Shown here piece after piece: positions 27,720-36,917 of a stretch of DNA of 64,000 bases. How positions within the stretch are numbered: the first letter of the stretch is position 1; each line of letters starts with the position of its first letter. Both the position numbers and the translations under genes were made by a program. The stretch is from assembly GCA_002433485.1 (NCBI GenBank), contig DJIF01000150.1:30259-94258 (forward strand). The letters are read 5' to 3'. The DNA is from Deltaproteobacteria bacterium UBA6601. Its GTDB lineage: Bacteria; Myxococcota_A; UBA796; UBA9615. Below the pieces are notes generated by a model. The model was given only the letters and a program-made list of their open reading frames with translations, did not search any database and had not been told where the DNA came from.

Positions 27720-29171
27720 ATGGGCATGCGAGGCTATCGGTCTCTTCTTGCTCCGTTCGTTGTCGCTCTGGGGCTGCTGTCTTCGGTGCAAGAGAGCAGT
27801 GCTGTTCAGCTTGATGCCCAACTGCAAGGAAGTCTGGAGTTGGAGCGACTGATCAGCGGTCTTGACTCGCCATCGGCTGCTGCCTTTCTGCCCGATGGAC
27901 AATTGGTGATCTTTCAGCTGGGAGGTGGAGTGCTGCTCTGGGACGGCGCGCAGCGCCCCCAGCCGGTGGGAACCATCGAGGTTGAGATGGACGGTGAGCG
28001 TGGTCTGCTGGGACTGGCGGTTGACCCGCTCTTCAAGGACAGCGGACGCCTGTATTTGCAGTACTCCATCGATCGCCAGCAGCGGGTCGGCTATGCGGTT
28101 CTCGATGTCGCGGGAAAGACCTTGAGCTCGGTTACCGATCTGGTTACCGGACTGGCCGCGGATCGGGACCATAATGGCGGCGGGATCGCCTTTGGGCCGG
28201 ACGGTTATTTGTATTTTGGTACCGGGGACTCCGGCTGCTCTCGCTCTAGGCCGCCTGGAGACGGTGAGAACTACCTGGGGACCTGCCTGACTCGATTGGA
28301 GGGAAAGATCTCTCGCATTGATCGAGATGGCAGAGTCCCGGCCGATAATCCTCTGGTTGGGCTGCAGCAAGTGCTTCGCTGTCCTGATGGGGATGCCTGC
28401 GAGGATGTTCGAACCCGACCTGAACTTGATGAAACGGCCGCTCCGCGGACCGAGATCTACAATTGGGGATTTCGCAATCCCTGGCGATTCAGCTTCGATG
28501 AGCAGAGCGGCTATCTGTGGATTGGCGATGTGGGAGAGGTGACCTGGGAGGAGATCACGGTCTCTACCGGCCCTGCACAGCATCACGGCTGGCCTTGGAG
28601 AGAGGGGATTCGCGGAGGTTCTAATTACAGCTGTAGTCGCTGGACACCCAGCTCGGGAGACTGCGTCGAGCCAGCCTTCGCCTACAGCCACTTTGAAGAG
28701 CCAGCAGACGGCCAGGGCGCGGTGGTCGGCGGGGTTTTCACCCAGCACTGTTCCTGGCCGGTACCTTTTCGGGGCAGCTACTGGTTTGGTGACTTCACCA
28801 AGAACCGTGTTTGGATGATGGCCGTTGCTACCGATCGCAAGACCCTGGTGGGTACTCGTCAGCTGGTCGTTGAAGACGCTGGTGGCCCAGTTCACTTTCT
28901 TACTGCCCCGGACGGTAGCCTGTATTTCCTCGCCCATCTCTCTGGGGAACTCTGGGCCTTGCGCCCTAAGGGCCCAGCGCAGTGCACTGCCGCCGATCGC
29001 AGCGTCGCTGGCGAGGGTTCGACAGTGGTTGGCAAGACCGCTGCGGAGGCTACAGGCCCGCTTGGCTGTGGTTGCAGTCAGAGTGCAGTAGTTGAAGCTG
29101 AGCCCAGGCTTTTGCTGCTGCTCGTTCTGTTGTGGTTTGGGCGCTGGCAGCGGAGCAAGGTTCGTGCCTGA
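27720..29171 (+). CDS. PQQ-dependent glucose/sorbosone dehydrogenase-family secreted protein with MYXO-CTERM-like tail
   Basis: GERGLLGLAVDP, HNGGGIAFGPDGYLY, GFRNPWRFSFD, DVGE..WEEI, GWPWREG; C-terminal GCGCS + hydrophobic + basic tail. Confidence 0.88.
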   Translation: MGMRGYRSLLAPFVVALGLLSSVQESSAVQLDAQLQGSLELERLISGLDSPSAAAFLPDGQLVIFQLGGGVLLWDGAQRPQPVGTIEVEMDGERGLLGLAVDPLFKDSGRLYLQYSIDRQQRVGYAVLDVAGKTLSSVTDLVTGLAADRDHNGGGIAFGPDGYLYFGTGDSGCSRSRPPGDGENYLGTCLTRLEGKISRIDRDGRVPADNPLVGLQQVLRCPDGDACEDVRTRPELDETAAPRTEIYNWGFRNPWRFSFDEQSGYLWIGDVGEVTWEEITVSTGPAQHHGWPWREGIRGGSNYSCSRWTPSSGDCVEPAFAYSHFEEPADGQGAVVGGVFTQHCSWPVPFRGSYWFGDFTKNRVWMMAVATDRKTLVGTRQLVVEDAGGPVHFLTAPDGSLYFLAHLSGELWALRPKGPAQCTAADRSVAGEGSTVVGKTAAEATGPLGCGCSQSAVVEAEPRLLLLLVLLWFGRWQRSKVRA

Positions 29172-29580
29172 TTCACCGCTGCCGACGGTGCGCCGGTCGT
29201 CCCACATGCAGGTGAATGCTACTCGGCGAGCCGGGCTTTGGGAGCGTCGGCTGCTGGGAGCCGATGTCAGCCATCAGCAGAATCTGGTCCTTATTGATGC
29301 TGAGCCGGGTGCAGAGGTCGAACTGCATTATGTACAAAACAGTGAGTCCTTCTTCGTCCTAGCGGGCTGCCTCAGGGTGAGCGCTCCCGGATTTAGCGCA
29401 GAACTGGGTCCTGGAGACCTGTGCTATTTCCCGCCTGGGACCGCACACGGGGTTGAGGTGGTTGAAGGGCCTGCTCGCTTTCTGGTGGTCTTTGCGCCGG
29501 CGCGGGCCGTCCTGGGGCCGGCAGAGGAGTTGTGCCCAGGCAGCGATGGCGATGGGCCTGAGGGCCCTTGCAGTGACTGA
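29164..29580 (+). CDS. Cupin domain protein
   Basis: ELHYVQNSESFFVLAG...LGPGDLCYFPPGTAHG; GTG overlaps the upstream gene end by 8 nt. Confidence 0.82.
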   Translation: MPDSPLPTVRRSSHMQVNATRRAGLWERRLLGADVSHQQNLVLIDAEPGAEVELHYVQNSESFFVLAGCLRVSAPGFSAELGPGDLCYFPPGTAHGVEVVEGPARFLVVFAPARAVLGPAEELCPGSDGDGPEGPCSD

Positions 29581-32044
29581 AGCTACCGAGGAGACTCGCC
29601 CCACTGGAGCGGTGCGCAGCTTTGCCGATCGGGTGCCTTGGTTGCTGTTGACTGTGGTCTTGCTCTACGTGGTGGAGCGTCTGGTGATAGCGCTCGGCAG
29701 CGGCCACCTGATGTTCCATCTGGATGCTGGTGAGTACACCCCGATGCGAGCGGTCGGGCCTTTTCTGGATCGGTCCCTGGTGACGGTCTTGCTTGACCCT
29801 TCGAGTCGTGCTGAGTTTTTTGCCGCCTGCACTGCGCCGCCGCATGGCCCGAGCATTACTCCGACCCTGGTCGTTGCAGGTGGATTGGTCCATTTCGTTA
29901 CTCAGCAGCTGGGGGCGCCCCTCGGCAGCTTCACCATGCGGATGCTGTCGTTGGCCATTTCGAGCGCTGCTCTGGTGTTCTGGTTGGCGTTTTTGCTGCG
30001 CGCTGGCCTTGGTCGATCGGCGAGCCGCCGCTTCGCCCTGCTGTTTCTGCTGGCACCGCCGATCTTCCTGAAAGTCACGTTGATTTTCTGGGGCAGCCAT
30101 GAACTGGTCGTCTTGATCGTTGCGGTGGTGTTTTTGTTGCTGACGCCGTGGTTGTCGCGACCGGCGACACCTGGTTTAGCGTTGGTGCAGTCGCTCTGTG
30201 TCGGTTTAGGTGGCGCTGTGCTCAGCGTCGGCCACGGGATCCTGGTGCTCCCCTCAGCTTTTGTCGGGCTGTGGCTGGCGATGTTGGCGGTTTCAAAGTG
30301 TTGGCGTGAGCGAGGCCGCTTGTATGCCCTTTGCCTGGGACTGGGAATGGGGTCGATCGGCGTGGCCAGCTTTCTGCTCGGGTTCTGGGCGCTGGTGCAA
30401 CTGCCAACTCTTCAGGCAATGGGCCTTGAGCCAGCGTTCTTCGCCAACAATGACTTTGCCGCCATTGCTCAGGGTTCAGTTGCTGCGGGCGAGGTGCTTG
30501 GCTCCGGAATGTTGCCTGGCGACCGCTTCAGCTCCTGGGCCCTGATTCAGGAGGGCCCCCTGTGGCTGGGCCTGTTATGTGCCGTGTTGTTGCTCGCTGA
30601 GGGGCTCCTGGCTTGGCTGCGCGGGCAGGGCTCGGGGCCGGCCGAAAATCCGGTCGTCTCTTTTCTGGCGGGCTTCATGCTGTTTGGCTGGGTGGTGATT
30701 GGTGCAGTCCCAGAAGAGTTCAGCGAGACTCGCTATTTGATCCTGTTGTATCCGGTCAGCTTCGCCCTGGTAGCCGCCTGGAGTCTGGGCCGACGACCCC
30801 TGTTGAGATTGATCCTACCGGCGCTGCTGATGGCGGCCCAGGTACCCAGCCATGCAGCACTGATTGAACCCAACCAGCTTGATGTTGGGCTCCGCTACGA
30901 CGGCACACGGCTTTATTTTGCTCTTGAGGATGATGACTTCGGCCCGCCGCGCAGTGCAACTCGTCTGGGCGGTGCGAGTCGTGATTTTAGCCTCGGGATG
31001 CGGTTTATCCGTGAGCTGCATTGGAACAACTCCTATTGGCAGTGGCACAGCCCGGCCGAGGTCCGCGCGATGCCCCACGAGGCCCTGGTTGACCGCTATC
31101 TCGGCGAGGGTGAGGGAGTCGATTTTGCCCTGATGGATGTGGCAGAGTTTGCGCGGGGCCTCGGCTACGCCTATCGGCTGCTGCTTCCTCCGCCGCACCG
31201 GCAGCGCTTTGAGCAGCTCCTTGAGCATCACCCGGATCTGGCCAGTTGGATGCGGGAGGGCTATGAGATGGGGCCTGAGCAGCTCTCCTGGAGTCGGGAG
31301 CGAGAGCCTCTCTGTCCGCCGGGCATGCTCTATGTGGATGGCGGTAGCTTCTTGCTCGGTGAGTGGGATCTCGAGGCTTACGGTCCTTGGTCGCCGGACT
31401 TTGTAGTCCAGCGCGCCGTGGTCGAGTTGACGCCGTTTTGCATGGATCGCTTCCCATTTCCCGGACAGCGGGGCGCTGCCTGGCCCAGAGATGGGCTTGA
31501 CCTTGCCCTGATCGCCGAGCTGGAGCGGCAGTTGGCTCCGCTGGGCAGGCGAATCTGCACAGTCGGTGAGCTGCTGTTGGCTGCTGCCGGGCCGAGCAAT
31601 CAGCGCTATCCCAGCGCCGCGAAGCTTCGGCCTGCAGGGCACTGTGACGCGCGAGATGAGGATCCTGCACCGCTGGGTTCGTATCCACGTTGCGTGAGCC
31701 CGCTGGGCTTTCATGACTTTTTGGTTCGGGCCTCCTGGGCTCGGCTGGATGAGCAGGGTCGAGCTCTGCTCACCGCTCAGGGCGCCCATCATCAGCCCGG
31801 TTTTGCAGTCGACTATCTGGTCGTCGGGGGCATGATGAGGGAGGACAGTATTCAAGCGCCCACCAACTTTGGAGTCCACATTCACCAGCCCGAAGAGCCC
31901 GCCTTTGTCGATGACGGGCTTCGGCTTTGTGCTGATCCGGGGACGCAGAACTCAGAACAGCAGCTGCGCTATGAGGAGTGGCTGAGCGGTTACTTTGAGC
32001 GCCGCTACTTCAAGGACCTGCTGGGCCTCACTCAAGGGCGGTAA
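29573..32044 (+). CDS. Polytopic membrane protein (GT-C/ArnT-like) fused to C-terminal FGE-sulfatase/SUMF1-like domain
   Basis: About 11-13 TM segments, ETRYLILLYP; C-terminus CPPGMLYVDGGSFLLG...FCMDRFPFP...RICTVGE...GSYPRCVSPLGFHD; GTG overlaps the cupin stop. Confidence 0.62.
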   Translation: MTEATEETRPTGAVRSFADRVPWLLLTVVLLYVVERLVIALGSGHLMFHLDAGEYTPMRAVGPFLDRSLVTVLLDPSSRAEFFAACTAPPHGPSITPTLVVAGGLVHFVTQQLGAPLGSFTMRMLSLAISSAALVFWLAFLLRAGLGRSASRRFALLFLLAPPIFLKVTLIFWGSHELVVLIVAVVFLLLTPWLSRPATPGLALVQSLCVGLGGAVLSVGHGILVLPSAFVGLWLAMLAVSKCWRERGRLYALCLGLGMGSIGVASFLLGFWALVQLPTLQAMGLEPAFFANNDFAAIAQGSVAAGEVLGSGMLPGDRFSSWALIQEGPLWLGLLCAVLLLAEGLLAWLRGQGSGPAENPVVSFLAGFMLFGWVVIGAVPEEFSETRYLILLYPVSFALVAAWSLGRRPLLRLILPALLMAAQVPSHAALIEPNQLDVGLRYDGTRLYFALEDDDFGPPRSATRLGGASRDFSLGMRFIRELHWNNSYWQWHSPAEVRAMPHEALVDRYLGEGEGVDFALMDVAEFARGLGYAYRLLLPPPHRQRFEQLLEHHPDLASWMREGYEMGPEQLSWSREREPLCPPGMLYVDGGSFLLGEWDLEAYGPWSPDFVVQRAVVELTPFCMDRFPFPGQRGAAWPRDGLDLALIAELERQLAPLGRRICTVGELLLAAAGPSNQRYPSAAKLRPAGHCDARDEDPAPLGSYPRCVSPLGFHDFLVRASWARLDEQGRALLTAQGAHHQPGFAVDYLVVGGMMREDSIQAPTNFGVHIHQPEEPAFVDDGLRLCADPGTQNSEQQLRYEEWLSGYFERRYFKDLLGLTQGR

Positions 32045-32054
32045 GGCGGAACCC

Positions 32055-33716
32055 TCAGCGGATCGGCTTGCCCAGCTCGCGCGCGATACTGCGCGCGGCC
32101 AGCCAGCCTGACTGCAGCGCGCCAACAATGCCGTGTCCGCTGCGGGTCGATGCCCCGCATAGGTAGAGTCCCTTGATCGGGCTGCGCTCATCGGGGCGCT
32201 TCGTGAAGAATTGAGCGGGTGTCGCAGCAATGCCATAGCCGGTTCCTTCTGCGGCCCGGGTGTAGCGGAAGTGAGTCATCGGGCTGGCGGACTCGCAGAA
32301 TTCGATGTGCTCCCGGGTGCCCGGAAATTGCCGCTCAAGCCGATCGACCATGTCGGTCTCGATGGCTTTCTTACGCTGCAGATACTCAGGGTGTTTGCTG
32401 TAGCGGCCGCTGGCGATGTCGTCATGCTGGATCCCCCAGGCCGAGGCCTCGCCGTGGACCAGGGTCATGATCTCGATGGCGGTTACTCCCTCTGGAGCGT
32501 GCCAGGGAGTCTCCGGGTCCTTTAATGAGGAGCTGGTAATGTAGCTGCCATGCGCGCGCGGGTAGTCGGTCACCCTCTCGCTCTTGTAGAAGGCATCCAG
32601 GTCGTAGCCGTCCATCTCCCAGTAGTTGGCCGCGCGCATACCCTTGGCACGCATGTCGGTGTTCACCGCCACGCAGGTCATGAAGATCGCCCCTGCCATT
32701 TGCCAGTTCTCAGCCTGTCGGAGCTGAGCGCTTGGCAGGTGGTCAGGCTCAAGCAACTGCAGATACGTCTGCTTAATGTCGGCGCCAGAGAGGACCACGG
32801 ATGCGCGCACATCTGGGGCCTCGCCTTTGTGCCCCTCGAGGCGGACGCCGACTGCTCGCCCGCCTTCCACCAGAATCTTCTGTACCCCGCGGCGCAGGAC
32901 GATAGAGCCTCCGTTGGCTTCGGTAGCCTCTGCAAGTCGGTCCGAGATCACCTGCCCTCCGCCACGGGGATAGGCTGGGGCATTGGATAGGTGGGCGAAC
33001 AGGCCGGTGTGCAGTACGGCGCTGGCCTCGCTGGGCGGCACGCCGTAGTCGCCGTGCTGGCCGAGCAGCACCGCACGTAGTTTGGGGTCTTGGGTGCAGC
33101 TGTCCAGAAAGCGCTCAATGGTGGCGTTCTGTTGCATCAGCATCAGGTGCGACCGCGTTAGTACATGCCAGAGAACCGCTGGGCTTAGCCGCCCGTGGCT
33201 TGCGAATAACTTGCTGCCGGTCGCTTCAACCTCTCGGACCAATCGCAGGTAGCGGTCAATGCCCCGCTTCTCGGCGGGAAACAGATCCAGCAGGCGTTGC
33301 CGAAACAGGTCCCGGTCGCTTGGAATCTTGAACTCGAAGTCTGGATAGATCAGGGTGTCAAACCCGTCTGGGTCCAGTGGGACAAAGTCGATGTTGATGT
33401 CCAGTGGTTCCAGCAGGCTGTGGAAGATTCCACCTTCCTTGGTGTCGCCGACATAGTGCAGCCCAATGTCGAACATATAGCGACGATCCCTAGGTCCGCG
33501 CGCAAATTGAGTGGCGCAGCCCCCGGCAACATAGTGATGGTCAAAGCACGCGACGCTCAGCCCCTGGCGTGCCAGATAGGCAGCTGCCGTCAGCGAACCG
33601 GTTCCAGCACCAATGATTGCCACATCGACCTGCTCGGGGATCGGCGTACGAACTCTACGTTTGGTCTGCGCGGTGGGCAGGTGATTGAGCTGTTCCTGAG
33701 TTTGAGGCTGGGTCAT
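32055..33716 (-). CDS. Phytoene desaturase/retinol saturase-like FAD-dependent oxidoreductase
   Basis: IIGAGTGSL, GGCATQF, FDIGLHY, YPRGGGQ, SPMT..RYT, GLYLCGAST..GHGI. Confidence 0.88.
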   Translation of the reverse strand: MTQPQTQEQLNHLPTAQTKRRVRTPIPEQVDVAIIGAGTGSLTAAAYLARQGLSVACFDHHYVAGGCATQFARGPRDRRYMFDIGLHYVGDTKEGGIFHSLLEPLDINIDFVPLDPDGFDTLIYPDFEFKIPSDRDLFRQRLLDLFPAEKRGIDRYLRLVREVEATGSKLFASHGRLSPAVLWHVLTRSHLMLMQQNATIERFLDSCTQDPKLRAVLLGQHGDYGVPPSEASAVLHTGLFAHLSNAPAYPRGGGQVISDRLAEATEANGGSIVLRRGVQKILVEGGRAVGVRLEGHKGEAPDVRASVVLSGADIKQTYLQLLEPDHLPSAQLRQAENWQMAGAIFMTCVAVNTDMRAKGMRAANYWEMDGYDLDAFYKSERVTDYPRAHGSYITSSSLKDPETPWHAPEGVTAIEIMTLVHGEASAWGIQHDDIASGRYSKHPEYLQRKKAIETDMVDRLERQFPGTREHIEFCESASPMTHFRYTRAAEGTGYGIAATPAQFFTKRPDERSPIKGLYLCGASTRSGHGIVGALQSGWLAARSIARELGKPIR

Positions 33717-33956
33717 GTCGTCTCATTTTGCGGGGAGGCCGGCGATGGTGCCGATTTCTTATGTAGTCATTCTGCTGATAAATGCTGGGCTCTGGGATGT
33801 CCAGTTTCCAATGGCAGGAATCGGCCCGACAAGTCGGTCCTGAGGATTGACTTGGAGGGTGAGGTGTCCGATTCGGAGGCGCGTTATAGTCTGGCGCCCA
33901 GCCCGGCTGGGGTAGATCTGGGAACGATGATGTTGTTGAGCCAAGCATTGTTGCTT

Positions 33957-35078
33957 ATGGGCAGGCCCCATCGCTTGCCTACGCTATTGGGCTGCTTGCT
34001 CCTGGCTGCTTTGCTACCTGGCTGTGCGCCGTATGTTGCTCCCGGAGAGGAGCAGTTGCCCGCTGCCGGCTTCAGTGCATTTCGCGATGATCAAGGCCTG
34101 TTCGCCTGCCCTGAGCCATGCCCGCTGTTTCAGGTGGTCTGGACCGGGGACTCGATGCTAGGGGACCACGGCAAGCAAACTCTGGCTGCGAAGGGCTTTG
34201 ACTACCCGCTCCTCAAGATCAAGAGCTTACTCGCTGGAGCCTTCGCCATTGGCAATGCAGAGGGCCCGATTACCACCCACAAAAAGAAGTTTAATAAGAA
34301 GCAGATGTGGGCTTATCGTTCCAAGCCCAAGGTCGCCAGGGTCTTTGCTGAAGCGGGCTTTGATGCCATGGGGCTGGCCAACAACCACGCTATGGATCGT
34401 GGAGTTACCGGCCTTAAAGACACCCTCCGCCACCTTCGTAAGGCTGGCGTGCAGACCTTTGGTTCAGGGATGGATCGCAGTGAAGCGGAGCGGCCGCTCA
34501 TTATTGAGACTCCGCACGGACGGCTTGCTGTGGTGGGGATGTTTCGGACTTCGGTGCAGGGTCAGGAGTCGGGGCCTGGTCGGCCAGGCACGGCGTGGCT
34601 GAACAAGCCTACGTTAAAGCGTCTTTACGCCAGGGCTCGGGCCGAGGGTGCACGGTGGGTGGTGGCCTTTGTCCACTGGGGTCGCAACTATCAAGGTGTT
34701 CGTCGCAAGCAACGCCGCCTTGCGGCAGAGATGGCGCGGGCTGGCTATGACCTGGTAGTGGGGCACGGTAGCCATACTCCGCAGTCGGTCGACATCGTGA
34801 GTGGTATGCCAGTGCTCTACTCTCTGGGGAATTTCAGCTTCACTACCTATGGTCGCTTCGCCAAGCTAGAGGTGCAGGACCTCGGTTATGGCCTCGTGGC
34901 CCGCAGCTACCTTGGCCGCAATGGCCTCGAGGGCATTGAACTGCACTGCATCAAGACTGACAACGCCGTGGTCCGATATCAGCCGAGACCCTGCACTGCC
35001 GAGGAGGCCGATACAGCTTTTGCGCCGTTGGGGCCGTTGCTCAAGCGCCGCGGTGATGTGGCCGTATTGAGTCTCTGA
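33957..35078 (+). CDS. CapA/PGA_cap family metallophosphoesterase lipoprotein
   Basis: TGDSML, GNAEGP, LANNHAMD, HWG, GHGSH, YSLGNF; lipobox LLPGC. The upstream part of the ORF-track ORF lies antisense to another gene. Confidence 0.87.
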   Translation: MGRPHRLPTLLGCLLLAALLPGCAPYVAPGEEQLPAAGFSAFRDDQGLFACPEPCPLFQVVWTGDSMLGDHGKQTLAAKGFDYPLLKIKSLLAGAFAIGNAEGPITTHKKKFNKKQMWAYRSKPKVARVFAEAGFDAMGLANNHAMDRGVTGLKDTLRHLRKAGVQTFGSGMDRSEAERPLIIETPHGRLAVVGMFRTSVQGQESGPGRPGTAWLNKPTLKRLYARARAEGARWVVAFVHWGRNYQGVRRKQRRLAAEMARAGYDLVVGHGSHTPQSVDIVSGMPVLYSLGNFSFTTYGRFAKLEVQDLGYGLVARSYLGRNGLEGIELHCIKTDNAVVRYQPRPCTAEEADTAFAPLGPLLKRRGDVAVLSL

Positions 35079-35081
35079 ATC

Positions 35082-35708
35082 TCAGCTGGCGTCGCGGATC
35101 ATCGCTCCAAGGCCGTCGATGCGGATAATGGTGATGGCCTCCTTGACGCTCTCCGGGTCAAATTCTCGTCCCTGCTCCTCGGCTTCGTGGGCCAGATAGC
35201 CGCGGCTGTCTTCGAGGGACAGTGCCATCTTCTTGACCAGCCCTTCGGCAACCGCAAAGCGACCCTTGGCCTCGGGCGGAAAGATGATTTCGCCATCGGT
35301 AACTTTGATTCGAATCTTGGAGTCCGGCTGGTCGCCAGCGAGGTTCATCCAGCAGCCCATCTTCTGGCACACTTCGAGGATCTCTCCCTCGACACGCACC
35401 CGCTGGCCTTCTAGTTCATCGGCTCGGGCAAGGAGCTCAGAGACTGAGATCGCGTCGGTCAGGGTAACGCCGTTGCCATACTTGTCGCCGGGCATATCGA
35501 GCGGTTGCGGGGCGGCCTGCTCAGGAGCAGTTTCGGCTGCTGCCGCCACTGCAGCTTCAGCTGCTGGTTCGGCTACTGCCGCTTGGACTGCCGGCTCTGG
35601 GGCTTGAGTCTCCGGTTGTTGGTCAGCATCCGAGCTCTTCTTGCTGCAGGCGAGCAGCATCATTGGCAGGGCACAAACAAGGGCGATGTGAGAGATTTTC
35701 AGTTTCAT
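35082..35708 (-). CDS. DUF4920-like OB-fold lipoprotein
   Basis: Lipobox LLAC; VEGEILEVCQKMGCWM, AVAEG, HEAEE; RBS AAGGAG. Confidence 0.8.
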   Translation of the reverse strand: MKLKISHIALVCALPMMLLACSKKSSDADQQPETQAPEPAVQAAVAEPAAEAAVAAAAETAPEQAAPQPLDMPGDKYGNGVTLTDAISVSELLARADELEGQRVRVEGEILEVCQKMGCWMNLAGDQPDSKIRIKVTDGEIIFPPEAKGRFAVAEGLVKKMALSLEDSRGYLAHEAEEQGREFDPESVKEAITIIRIDGLGAMIRDAS

Positions 35709-35797
35709 GGTTTCTCCTTAGCGCCGTAAGGCCAGCGCCAAGCGCACGCTATGCGCCCCATAAATTGAGGTCAAGAGGCGAGGCAGGATCTCAGCCG

Positions 35798-36673
35798 TTA
35801 GAGCCCTCGCGACCATTCCGGTCGAAGCTGCACCTCTCCCGATAGGGCCCGGTCGAGCAGTTGAACGATGCGTTCGCGGTCCGCTGGTAGCGTGCCGGCC
35901 AGTGGCAGGTAGTTGCTGGCGTGATTGGTGCGGAACAGGGCCTTCGAAGGGCGGCTCTCCGCGACCATGGTCCGCAGCTCCGAAAGCAGCGTTTCAATTC
36001 TGGGAAGTTCGAATTTACCGCGGGCCTCCATCCGGGCTAAGGGGGTGCCGGGTACCACGGTCAGGGTCAGGGCCGAGAAGAACTCGGGGTCCATTTCGGT
36101 GATCAGACGCGCCGATTCCTGTGCATGTTCCTCGCTACGCTCGGTGCCACCAGCGCCGAGCAGCATGATTACGCTCAGCTTCATTCCTGCCCGGTGAGCC
36201 TTACTTGCGGCCATTGCATGGTCTTTGAAGTTGCTGCCTTTGGCGATGCGTTTGAGCGTAGTGTCGTCGCCCGATTCAGGGCCTACATACAGCAATGAGA
36301 GGCCCATCTCACGCAGTCGTTTGAGCTCGTCGCCGCTCTTTTCCAGAATGTTTCGCGCCATGGCGTAGCAGGAGACCTGCCGGAGTCGCGGGAACACCTG
36401 CGAGGCTCTGGCAAGGATGGGCTCCCAACGTTCCAGCTCCATCACCAGAGCGTCGCCGTCCGCGACAAAGAGCTTCTCAATTTGATCGCCGAATCGTGCG
36501 CCAGCTTCGTTTAGGTGCTCGAGACACTCCTTTAGAGGGCGCAGACGAAAGGTCGGCTTGTCCCGATACATGTCGCAGTAGGTGCATGCATTCCAGGAGC
36601 AACCAATGGTGGCTTGGAGGATGTAGCTGTGGGCTTCGCTGGGAGGCCGATAGAGCTTGCCTGCATAGTCCAT
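35798..36673 (-). CDS. Radical SAM protein (YRPPSEA-type family)
   Basis: YRPPSEA, GCSWNACTYC, FVADGDAL, GPESG, NHASNY. Confidence 0.9.
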   Translation of the reverse strand: MDYAGKLYRPPSEAHSYILQATIGCSWNACTYCDMYRDKPTFRLRPLKECLEHLNEAGARFGDQIEKLFVADGDALVMELERWEPILARASQVFPRLRQVSCYAMARNILEKSGDELKRLREMGLSLLYVGPESGDDTTLKRIAKGSNFKDHAMAASKAHRAGMKLSVIMLLGAGGTERSEEHAQESARLITEMDPEFFSALTLTVVPGTPLARMEARGKFELPRIETLLSELRTMVAESRPSKALFRTNHASNYLPLAGTLPADRERIVQLLDRALSGEVQLRPEWSRGL

Positions 36674-36917
36674 ATTGGCTTCACCGGCTGTAGGAGTTCA
36701 GGGTAGCTAGACGGTAACCTTAGCGCTGGTCGTAACAGCGCCAAGCTGGCCAACTCCGGTGCTGTTTGGCTGGGTGTTGCAGCTGTTGTAAAGATGAGCG
36801 CCGAAGCTCAACTGCTCCGCCACTGGCAGAGTGTAGATCGGCGGGCCTGCCAGCGCGATCTCTTCCTGCTGTTATGCTCTGCGCGGCCTGATGTTGAGAT
36901 CCGGGAGGCAGGCACCG

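Noticed and set aside
27684-29207. 507-aa - strand ORF
   Set aside because: Antisense shadow of the sugar dehydrogenase gene.
30815-31885. 356-aa - strand ORF (likewise 58998-59921, 52913-53746, 1183-1899)
   Set aside because: Antisense or alternate-frame overlaps of better supported genes; no motifs.
33297-33926. Long N-terminal extension of the CapA ORF
   Set aside because: Overlaps the phytoene-desaturase-like gene on the opposite strand; the signal peptide and lipobox begin near 33927-33957.
36700-36900. Structured ncRNA in the divergent radical SAM/GT4 intergenic region
   Set aside because: Only short hairpins (GCGCTG/CAGCGC, TGAGC/GCTCA) expected by chance at this GC content; no known motif.
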